Shown here piece after piece: positions 56,837 to 64,000 of a DNA stretch of 64,000 nt (positions are counted from its first letter, which is position 1; every line of letters begins with the position of its first letter). A program made the position numbers and the translations under genes. Where the stretch lies: positions 32,846 to 96,845 of the forward strand of contig JAJDYE010000008.1 in assembly GCA_022822905.1 (NCBI GenBank). The letters are read 5' to 3'. This DNA comes from Acidimicrobiia bacterium. Its GTDB lineage: Bacteria > Actinomycetota > Acidimicrobiia > Acidimicrobiales > Bin134. A model generated the notes under the pieces. It made no database searches, had not been told where the DNA came from, and saw only the letters and a list, made by a program, of their open reading frames with translations.

Positions 56837-57052
56837 TTAGGAGCAAGATCCTGGAGGTCCACTTGGATCTGAAGGGGCCCAAGTTCCGCTCACTGCCTCA
56901 CACAGCGTCTTGCTGGTAATCCGCTTCAATTCGATGTTGTCGCTGTCTTCGGGCGCGTTGGAGCTGAGTTGGGCGTAGACGATGATCGACACGATGGCCG
57001 CGGCGGCGATGCCGACCACGATCAAGATCATCTGGACGATGGCGGATTGCAC
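56837..57052 (-). CDS. Small Flp/pilin-like membrane protein without a leader peptide
   Basis: 71 aa. The GTG start has AAGGAG 8 nt upstream. The protein starts directly with the helix QSAIVQMILIVVGIAAAAIVSIIVY. It occupies the position of the pilin gene in Tad loci. Confidence 0.5.
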   Translation of the reverse strand: MQSAIVQMILIVVGIAAAAIVSIIVYAQLSSNAPEDSDNIELKRITSKTLCEAVSGTWAPSDPSGPPGSCS

Positions 57053-57092
57053 GTTGGGTTTCTCCTTCAGGTTGTATGGCCGCCGCCGAGCT

Positions 57093-57806
57093 TCAGAGGA
57101 CGAAGATCACCGCGGCCATAACGGCAAGACCAGCGATGGCGGCCACCAGGGTGACCGTGGTTCCAATGGCCCGGCTGAGCTGGTCGATCGCCAGGCGTCG
57201 CTCGGACTCGAGAGTCCGAACCGATCGCGACAGTGACTTGTCCAACAAGTCGGAAGACGCCGCCCCCGCCCGCTCAGCAGCCACCACTGAAGCCAGCAGC
57301 GGTTCGGCAGGGGAACCGGCAATGGCCGCGGAGACCGCGGGCAGCGGATCCCGCCCGGCGTCGAGGGCGGCTCCAATGGCCCCCTGGGCCAAGGTGAAGG
57401 CCCGGCCGGAAACGGTCAGCGCCGCGTTGACCGCAGCCGCATTGATGGGTTGGCCTGCTGAGGTCAACAGCCGCAGCTTTCGCATCCATTCGAGCATCTT
57501 CTGATCTCGCTCGCTGCGGTAGGCCGCCGCGGCCAGTGCCCGAATGGCCGCCGGTGCCAACCAAGGCATCCACGTTCCGGTGACAACGGCTAAGGCCAGA
57601 CCTTCAGCCCAGCCAAACATCACCCTTCCTGCCACACCACCCGCCACTGTGCCGACAGCAGCCAGAAGCCAGCCGGTTGTGGAAATCTGATTGGGTGGCC
57701 ATCCCATGGCCGCAGCCTGAACTGCGAGGTGGCCACTGGTTTTGGGGCGGACCATTAGTAGTACTGCTACTGCACCTGCTCCCGACAATCCGGCCAGGAA
57801 GATCAT
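57093..57806 (-). CDS. tadC: TadC-like (T2SS F-family) inner-membrane platform protein
   Basis: Polytopic with a helical cytoplasmic domain. ATGA overlap with the tadB-like gene. Confidence 0.65.
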   Translation of the reverse strand: MIFLAGLSGAGAVAVLLMVRPKTSGHLAVQAAAMGWPPNQISTTGWLLAAVGTVAGGVAGRVMFGWAEGLALAVVTGTWMPWLAPAAIRALAAAAYRSERDQKMLEWMRKLRLLTSAGQPINAAAVNAALTVSGRAFTLAQGAIGAALDAGRDPLPAVSAAIAGSPAEPLLASVVAAERAGAASSDLLDKSLSRSVRTLESERRLAIDQLSRAIGTTVTLVAAIAGLAVMAAVIFVL

Positions 57807-58618
57807 CGGCTCATTCTCCAGGCCGGGGCCAGTACTCGAGCACAGAGCGCCGCGGTCAGCACCGCGAGAAGCAGCAGAAGCTGCTGCCCCTCCGGCGAGG
57901 CCAGCCACCGACCCACGTCTCTGGCGGCAAATCCGGTTATGGCCAGCATGCCGACGGCCATCACCACCGTGACGGCGATCTGAGGCATGAGAGCAGCCGC
58001 GTATCGGTGGAAGTGCCGGGCGGTTTCGGCGGCCTCCGTGGCCTCATCAGCCAAGACTCCGGCCAAGCCCACCCACTGGGAACCGCCCCGAAACGCCTCG
58101 GCCAGCACCGTGGCCAACATCTCGGCTACCGGCCGCTGGATGGTGGCGGCAAAGCGGTTGGCCGCTTCTACAAGGCCACCAGTCTGGCACTCAGCGCCCA
58201 TTACCCGAGCAGCGGCCCCGACCCGGCCGGTAATCAGCGGCGCGGCCTGGCGCACAGCTTCCACCACAGTGGGGGCCACCAGAGCCTGATTGGCCAGCCC
58301 GTTGGTCAGTTGAGCCAGCTCGTCGGCCTCCCGCAAGCTGCGGCGCGACCGGATCTGTATGGCGATGGCCCAGAGGCCCACACCGGTAAGGATCATCGCT
58401 GCCAGCCCCGTGATGGGTCCCAGCAAAATCTGCCCAACCAGAAATCCGAGAACAACCATGGCTGTAGCGGCGAGGGTTCCGACTCGGATCCTGTGTCGCT
58501 GAGCCAGCACCATGCTGCCGACCAGGAGCCCGGCCGGGTTTCCCGTTGAAGCCGGCCACCAGATCACGGCCATGAGAGCGAGTCCTGCGGTCAGGAGCAC
58601 CGCAGTTGGCGCGGTCAC
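57803..58618 (-). CDS. tadB: TadB-like (T2SS F-family) inner-membrane platform protein
   Basis: Polytopic with a helical cytoplasmic domain. The GTG 58618 start overlaps the ATPase stop (GTGA). Confidence 0.65.
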   Translation of the reverse strand: MTAPTAVLLTAGLALMAVIWWPASTGNPAGLLVGSMVLAQRHRIRVGTLAATAMVVLGFLVGQILLGPITGLAAMILTGVGLWAIAIQIRSRRSLREADELAQLTNGLANQALVAPTVVEAVRQAAPLITGRVGAAARVMGAECQTGGLVEAANRFAATIQRPVAEMLATVLAEAFRGGSQWVGLAGVLADEATEAAETARHFHRYAAALMPQIAVTVVMAVGMLAITGFAARDVGRWLASPEGQQLLLLLAVLTAALCARVLAPAWRMSR

Positions 58619-60243
58619 TTGTCCCTCGTTGCAGAGGCCAATGGCGGCGGAGGGGCCGCAGCCGGCGTTCCATCGGGGCCGCGGTGGGAACTGTCCGCCG
58701 GTCGAAGGTCGATTCCCACTGACTGGTACAGCCCCTCGATCTGCCCTTGGGGCCGGCCAACCGGGACGGCCCATCGCTGCCCGGGGCGAAGCGACCAAAG
58801 ACATTGGGTTTCGATGGTGTCGTGGCGGTCGTCGTAGCTGACGATCTGGGAGACGTCAGAGATCACCCGCCCCCCGAGTTCATTGCGGCCCATCCAGACC
58901 AGCAGGTGAACCGCGATGGCGATCTGCTGTCGGGCGAATCGGGGGTCGGCACCCTCGCTGCACGCGTACGACAGCAGCTTGGCCAGCACCCCCGGGCCAG
59001 GCTGACTGTGCAAGGTGACCAGGCAGCCGTTGAGTCCGCTGCTCATGGCATCCAACAGCGCAAGGGTTCCCTCACCCCTGGTTTCGCCGATCACCAGTTT
59101 CGACGAGTTGGCCCGCTTGGCATCGCGGATGTGGTCGCTCATGGAGAGCTTCCCCACGCCGTCGTTGTTGGCATCCCGAGTGAGGCGTTCGAAGCTGTTG
59201 GGGTGGATGTCATATTGGGCCAGCCGCAGCTCGGGGGTGTCCTCAATGGTGTCAATCCTCTCCGAGCCATCGACGGTGGCCAGCAGAGCCTGGCAAAGCG
59301 TGGTCTTGCCCCCGCCCATGGCCGCCGCGATCACTACGTTGGCCCGAACCGGACCTGACACCGCTCCCACCAGGATCTTCTGAAGCAAGGGGGCAGCCAC
59401 ATTGAGGTCGTCAAGGGTGGCCTTACCCGCCATGTTGGAGCGCAGCACCATAGTGGGGGGATGACACATGAACGCTTCGGCGTGGAGCCTCCATCGGTCA
59501 CCGAGGCGAATATCCAGGCGGCTGTCGAGTACGTCGAAGCGTTGGGGCTGCCCGCCCGAGAAGCTGGCCAAGTGGCGAGCTGTCTCGATCAGTTCATCGT
59601 TGGATGCAAACGGCGAGGGTCGTCGTTCGCGTTGGCCGTCGGCTCGGTGGACAATCGTGCACTCGCCGCCCCGGATCTGGAACTCCTCAACCCCGGTTTC
59701 TTCAAGCAGGTCGGCGAGGCGGGTCTGGGCGGCTTGCGAAGCCGACCAGAGATGGGTCTCGCGGTCAAGCGGATCGAGTCGGCGAGGGGCGACCGCGGTC
59801 CACGCTAATCGGCGTCCGACCCGGTGCAGACGACGCTGATCGCGACGGGTCGGCTCAGAGGAAACCCACAGGTTTGTGACCCCTTGGCCGCGGTTTCGAC
59901 CGAGGTCGGGTTGCTCGGCGGACACGACAATCGACACGATGGGGGTGACGCGGCGCGATCCTGTGTCCAGCCGGAGCTGGGAGCGCACGTCGGTGCTGTC
60001 GGATGCAGTGATCCACAGCACCGCGGCGGCCGATGCAACCGCCGACTCGAGGCGAAGCTCCGATTGGTCGTCTCCCATCGACAAGACCGTGGGGTGGCCG
60101 GCCGCCAATGCCTCGTCGACTTCGGCTGGAGAGGTAGCAAGAACGACACCGGGGGCCGCGCCGGCCATGCCCTCAAGCACTTCATCGAGCACTCGCTTTA
60201 CCGCCTCGGGGCTGAGCCATCGATCTCCTATGGCCAAGAGCAT
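58615..60243 (-). CDS. tadA: TadA/CpaF/VirB11-family secretion ATPase with an extra N-terminal domain
   Basis: Walker A AAAMGGGKTT, Asp box TIEDTPEL, Walker B KLVIGETRG, His box LVTLHS. About 170-190 aa of additional N-terminal sequence and a Pro-rich tail. Confidence 0.85.
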   Translation of the reverse strand: MLLAIGDRWLSPEAVKRVLDEVLEGMAGAAPGVVLATSPAEVDEALAAGHPTVLSMGDDQSELRLESAVASAAAVLWITASDSTDVRSQLRLDTGSRRVTPIVSIVVSAEQPDLGRNRGQGVTNLWVSSEPTRRDQRRLHRVGRRLAWTAVAPRRLDPLDRETHLWSASQAAQTRLADLLEETGVEEFQIRGGECTIVHRADGQRERRPSPFASNDELIETARHLASFSGGQPQRFDVLDSRLDIRLGDRWRLHAEAFMCHPPTMVLRSNMAGKATLDDLNVAAPLLQKILVGAVSGPVRANVVIAAAMGGGKTTLCQALLATVDGSERIDTIEDTPELRLAQYDIHPNSFERLTRDANNDGVGKLSMSDHIRDAKRANSSKLVIGETRGEGTLALLDAMSSGLNGCLVTLHSQPGPGVLAKLLSYACSEGADPRFARQQIAIAVHLLVWMGRNELGGRVISDVSQIVSYDDRHDTIETQCLWSLRPGQRWAVPVGRPQGQIEGLYQSVGIDLRPADSSHRGPDGTPAAAPPPPLASATRDK

Positions 60244-60863
60244 CAGCGAACGTCCTCACCGTGGCACAGGGGCCAACTTCCGGGAGGCGATTCCCAGATC
60301 CACCACTGCTCATCGGACAGTACAGCAGCCAATTCGGGGTCCGCCTCCACCGTGACGCTGGTGGAGGCGCCATCGCCGTCGGCTGCCACCACAGTCACCA
60401 AGGCAGCCGCACAGCCTCCGGGAGACGACGAGAACACGGCTCGCTTTCCGGCCACCGGACCCGGCTCGGGCCACATCTCGTCGCTCACCGTGAACCGCAT
60501 CAGTGCGGTTGTGCGGACATCGTCGCCGTCTTGGTGAGGGCTCAGCATCTTGGCTGAGACCAGGGTGCCCTCGGGCACATCAACCGCGGCCACGGTTCCG
60601 GCCAGCTCCGAGGGATGGATGAAGAGCACTGCCAAATCGGCAGGCATGTTGACCAAGGTGTGATCGCCGGGAGGATGCCCCGCAGTCCATCGTTGTGTGG
60701 CGGCAACCACCGGCACTTCCGCCACGACGTCACCGTCACGTGAAAGGGCAATAACCGCTGCCGCGGTGGCAGCGAGGACTATTGCCGCCGCGAGCAAGCG
60801 CCGCCGGAAGCTCACCGGCCAGGAAGTCGGCGACCACTGCTCGCGGTTGAGGCCGGCTACCAC
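60243..60863 (-). CDS. cpaB: CpaB/RcpC-like (SAF-domain) pilus assembly protein
   Basis: N-terminal TM anchor, then SAF-like VPVVAATQRWTAGHP..L..MPADL....ELAGTVAAVDVPEGTLVSAKML. Confidence 0.6.
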   Translation of the reverse strand: MVAGLNREQWSPTSWPVSFRRRLLAAAIVLAATAAAVIALSRDGDVVAEVPVVAATQRWTAGHPPGDHTLVNMPADLAVLFIHPSELAGTVAAVDVPEGTLVSAKMLSPHQDGDDVRTTALMRFTVSDEMWPEPGPVAGKRAVFSSSPGGCAAALVTVVAADGDGASTSVTVEADPELAAVLSDEQWWIWESPPGSWPLCHGEDVR

Positions 60864-62335
60864 AGGGTCACCTGCTGGCCCAGATACCCTGCCGGATCAC
60901 GGAACCAGGACAAGTCGGAGGCCACGGTCTCGGTATGGAGATCGCCCTGCTCAGAGGTGTAATTGATTAAGAGCTGCCACTCCCAGAAGCCTTGACGGGG
61001 GATAGACCAGCGGCACTTCCCGTGGCTGCTCTTCCAGTTCTCCGACAACGTCAGGACCCCGGTCGTGGGTGTGGTCCAAACTGGCAGATCACTCGGCGAG
61101 CACCATGTAGTGGGCGGATCGTTGCGGGGGAAGGCCGCGGCATACCACTGCTGGCGCTGTCGGCTGAGGCCATCCCACAGCGCCGCCGCAGCACGGGCTT
61201 CGCTGGCCGCAGCTGCGCTGCCCGGTGACCGCAGTTTGACCAGATCAGACGCCTGGTGGGGGAGCAGCTCCCGCAGCGATACCCCAACTGCGGTTGCCGT
61301 CCACAAGCATCCGTCCTTCGGGGCGTCCACCACATCGAGCGAGCGACCCGACTTCAGCGCAATCCAGTGGCGAGCTGGGCTCTCCGGGGTGGAGGCCGCG
61401 GTCAGAAACAGCTGGCCACCGGGAATTTCCGGGTGGTGATGCCCGGTAAATCCCTGGGAATAGGGAACGATCGACTCCCACCGCAGGGAGCTGAGAAGGC
61501 TCTGGCGGTCGGAGTTGCTCCACGAACTCGTACACACTTTGGAGGGCGGGGCGGAAGGAGACGGGTTGACAACGGGCGCGTTGGGGAGCTGCGGGCCAGG
61601 ACAAGTTCCGTGCCACGCACAGTTCTCGCTGTTGTGCGAACAGATGTCAGGGGTGTTCGGATTGCCATCGTGGTCGTAGGGGAACGGGGCGGGGTGAGTG
61701 TGCGGTGTCGGCGCGCTGCTGTGATCCAAAGAATCACCGAGACTGCCGCAATACACGGTGTCCACGTTGTCCTCGGTGTTCCCACCATCTCTCTCGGGCA
61801 GCACCCAAACCTCGTTGCCCTCTTCGTCTTGGTGATAGCTGACGATGCACGGGGCATCGCCGGTTACCGTGCTGCACAAGGGAGGACGCTCAACCAGGAC
61901 TTCCGCGCCATCCTCCGTTGTTCCGGGCTTGACGGTGTAGGTTCCCGGCGGCGGTTTCGATGAGGTGCCAGTGCCGTCATCCGACTCTTCTCGATCGTCC
62001 GGTGGAGGGGCAGTTGCGTCTTCTTCACCATCTTCAGGGCTGGACGTGTTGGGGTCATCCATGCAGCCGATCCACTCGTTGAACAAGCCCCAGGGAATCT
62101 GACCCGGCGGACATGTCGGCGGAGGATCGGGATCCTCCGGCTCAGGGGTTGGGTCCGGCGCCGGCACCGGTGTGTGCTCATGGGGGACCGGTTGGCCCGT
62201 ATCCGGGTCGGTACAGGTATCGGCAGTTGTGACTAGTGCGAACACCAGCATCACAAAGGCCAGCTTGCGGCGGTTGAACATCAATTGCCGGACAACCCGT
62301 TGCCTCCGCCGCTTTGATTTCGGCATCTGGTTCAT
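60857..62335 (-). CDS. Secreted or membrane-anchored Cys-rich, Pro/Asp-rich protein of unknown function
   Basis: Basic N-terminus plus TM/signal (KLAFVMLVFALVTTA), a PxP linker, more than 12 Cys and a C-terminal SWFRDPAGY motif. Overlaps the cpaB-like start by 7 nt. Confidence 0.6.
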   Translation of the reverse strand: MNQMPKSKRRRQRVVRQLMFNRRKLAFVMLVFALVTTADTCTDPDTGQPVPHEHTPVPAPDPTPEPEDPDPPPTCPPGQIPWGLFNEWIGCMDDPNTSSPEDGEEDATAPPPDDREESDDGTGTSSKPPPGTYTVKPGTTEDGAEVLVERPPLCSTVTGDAPCIVSYHQDEEGNEVWVLPERDGGNTEDNVDTVYCGSLGDSLDHSSAPTPHTHPAPFPYDHDGNPNTPDICSHNSENCAWHGTCPGPQLPNAPVVNPSPSAPPSKVCTSSWSNSDRQSLLSSLRWESIVPYSQGFTGHHHPEIPGGQLFLTAASTPESPARHWIALKSGRSLDVVDAPKDGCLWTATAVGVSLRELLPHQASDLVKLRSPGSAAAASEARAAAALWDGLSRQRQQWYAAAFPRNDPPTTWCSPSDLPVWTTPTTGVLTLSENWKSSHGKCRWSIPRQGFWEWQLLINYTSEQGDLHTETVASDLSWFRDPAGYLGQQVTLW

Positions 62336-62358
62336 GTGGGCTCCATCTCCTCAACCTC

Positions 62359-63627
62359 CTAGCAACTGAGCCAGAGCCCGGAGGGAATGGGCGGCACGGT
62401 AGGCAGGCCGTCTTCGCCCTCACCCCTCACCAGGCTGGCCAGGATGTCCAGTTCTTCGCACCGGCCTCTGCGGACGGTGTTGATCTCATGGCCTGACACC
62501 CTCTCAACGCACGGGCTGGCCCATCCGGCTTCGGCAAAGCGGGCAGAGCGAGCGGGGGCCACTTGCCGCCACAGGTCGTCGCATCGAGCAAGAAGACTGC
62601 ACCACCGCTGACGAACGGCTTCCGGGGACAGCTCAGGATCGTCGAGCGACAGGCCGTAGTCGGCAAACCGGTCGTCAGCGCTCAGGCGCCGGTAATAGCC
62701 GTCGGGGAGTCGGCACTCGTCTGCCACCTGCCGGACAGGGTGCGGATCGAGCCAACTCGCGCAATTCTCTGCCCAGCCGGTGCGAATATAGGGGGCGGCA
62801 CGCTGGCCAGTGCGCAGGTAAAACGCCTTGTAGTCATCCCACACGCAACGGTGGTCGTCGCGTGCTCCCAGATAAGTGATCGGGTATGCCATGTCGCGCC
62901 AGACCATGCTGCACGTCTGAACCGGCGTCCCCCCATACTGGAATTTCTGGCGGCTGAATGCGGGCCACTCCGCGAGGCACTCGCTCAGGTATCCGAGCAC
63001 AACATTCTCGGGGAGACCTTCCGGCGCATGATTGTGGAGAAGGCTTCGGTGGTATCCGCCAGAGTCGAGCAGTTCCCGGTGGGTGACCAATCGGGTGGCT
63101 CGAGGCAGTCCGCTGTCGTCTATTACGCAGGCCGGGTAAGGCCCGACACATCCCAACTCTTCAGCGGTGAGCGGAAACTCCGTGAACATGATGCCCAGGG
63201 TCTCGCAGGGATCTACCGGCCAGCCGACGTCGGGCGGCATCAGGGCATCGGATTCCGTCAAAGGATCCTCGGTATTGCCGCCATCTCCGGAAACAGTGTC
63301 TGTCCATCGCAGCCCAGACCACCACCGCAGTTCGTGGCGGCAAGTCGGGTCGCGAAACCAATCGGCATGGGGAAGCGCAGCCGAATGGTCGGCGCTGGAG
63401 GGCTCGACCACGCCGTCACCGGCCCTCACCGCGAGAACAGGTTCCGGATGTGGGGCTGGAGAGGCTTTCGCCTCAGGTGCTTCTGGCCCCGACAGCGCGA
63501 TCTGGGGCCTCAAGGCGGGTGGGTCCTCCGCAGACGCCAACGGACGGTCAGCGAGCTCATCGGAGGTTCCGGCGCAAGCCACCAGCAACAGCGCGGCAAC
63601 CAGGGAAACCTGCCAGGCGGCAACCAT
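62359..63627 (-). CDS. Cys-rich lipoprotein of unknown function with a DUF2510-like WFRDP...RWW..LRWT segment
   Basis: Lipobox LLLVAC after ATG 63627, with GGAGGG upstream. The ORF-track start 63714 lies inside the predicted promoter. Confidence 0.6.
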   Translation of the reverse strand: MVAAWQVSLVAALLLVACAGTSDELADRPLASAEDPPALRPQIALSGPEAPEAKASPAPHPEPVLAVRAGDGVVEPSSADHSAALPHADWFRDPTCRHELRWWSGLRWTDTVSGDGGNTEDPLTESDALMPPDVGWPVDPCETLGIMFTEFPLTAEELGCVGPYPACVIDDSGLPRATRLVTHRELLDSGGYHRSLLHNHAPEGLPENVVLGYLSECLAEWPAFSRQKFQYGGTPVQTCSMVWRDMAYPITYLGARDDHRCVWDDYKAFYLRTGQRAAPYIRTGWAENCASWLDPHPVRQVADECRLPDGYYRRLSADDRFADYGLSLDDPELSPEAVRQRWCSLLARCDDLWRQVAPARSARFAEAGWASPCVERVSGHEINTVRRGRCEELDILASLVRGEGEDGLPTVPPIPSGLWLSC

Positions 63628-63699
63628 AAGGCCCTCCGTTCGACGCTTCTCGGTGGGGGGCCTGTGAGGCCGATAACCCTGGCCTGAACCAGTGGTGCG

Positions 63700-63728
63700 A
63701 CTATAGTTGGCCATCTTTCAGATGTCTA
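63700..63728 (-). promoter_or_regulatory. Sigma70/SigA-like promoter candidate for the Tad-like operon
   Basis: The minus strand reads TAGACA-17 nt-TATAGT, in the only markedly A/T-rich stretch of this end of the window. Confidence 0.45.
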
Positions 63729-63862
63729 CAGCCAATTCCAATAAATTCCGTCTAACAATTTCCCCCGAAGCGTTGAGAATGCATGTTATGTAAAGTATTA
63801 GGACTGTTGACCACGGCATTTCTTTTGTCCCGGAGCCTGCCAAGTATGATCCCCCCAGAACG

Positions 63863-64000
63863 ATGACGAAAGCTCCAACCGACTACGACAACCCCGGATT
63901 CGCTCGGGCCCGTACCCTCGAGCCGGAGATGGCCAGCAACTACGTCGGTCACACGATGATCGGTGATCCTTTGGCCGACGCCGCCGTCGAGGCCCTCTCG
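63863..64000 (+). CDS. 5' fragment of a divergent hypothetical gene (continues beyond the window)
   Basis: ATG 63863 opens a frame that stays open to the window end (MTKAPTDYDNPGFARARTLEPEMASNYVGHTMIGDPLADAAVEALS). Confidence 0.35.
   Translation, partial: MTKAPTDYDNPGFARARTLEPEMASNYVGHTMIGDPLADAAVEALS

Noticed and set aside
62333-62346. A 4-codon ORF (MEPT*) overlapping the start of the 492-aa exported protein by ATGA.
   Set aside because: No duplication signature is present. The two SD-like motifs here are adequately explained as the ribosome binding site of the downstream gene.

Overview
High-GC (about 65% by eye), densely coding chromosomal segment with clear actinobacterial hallmarks. 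No rRNA, tRNA, CRISPR array, transposase or integrase was recognised.

Gene content, in window order:
- Two tandem trkH paralogs.
- An M18 aminopeptidase and glutamate synthase gltBD.
- A central-metabolism block: pyk, glcDEF, tkt-tal fused into an operon with the F420 gene fbiC, and an ADP-forming acyl-CoA synthetase pair.
- A complete Pup-proteasome locus: trmI, ferredoxin, mpa, dop, pup, prcB, prcA, pafA, pafB, pafC.
- lepB and tatA-tatC.
- A long double-domain ThyX-like protein, with DUF4193, GNAT and NUDIX genes.
- At the 3' end, a 10-gene minus-strand Tad-like (Rv3654c-Rv3660c type) secretion/pilus operon headed by two cysteine-rich secreted proteins of unknown function.

Most unusual things seen directly in the sequence:
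1. A recurring junction architecture. Short tandem duplications of gene boundaries have created mini-ORFs that start on the stop codon of the upstream gene and stop on or next to the start codon of the downstream gene. The extreme case is a 14-bp repeat that makes a chain of four ATGA-overlapping pentapeptide ORFs between the two trkH genes.
2. A roughly 270-nt unassigned structured RNA candidate with its own sigma70-like promoter and intrinsic terminator at about 10280-10553 (minus strand).
3. The atypical Tad-like operon: an ATPase with an extra N-terminal domain, a leaderless pilin-like gene, no prepilin peptidase and no ParA/MinD-type CpaE.

All protein calls come from reading the supplied translations for motifs. 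No database search was run.
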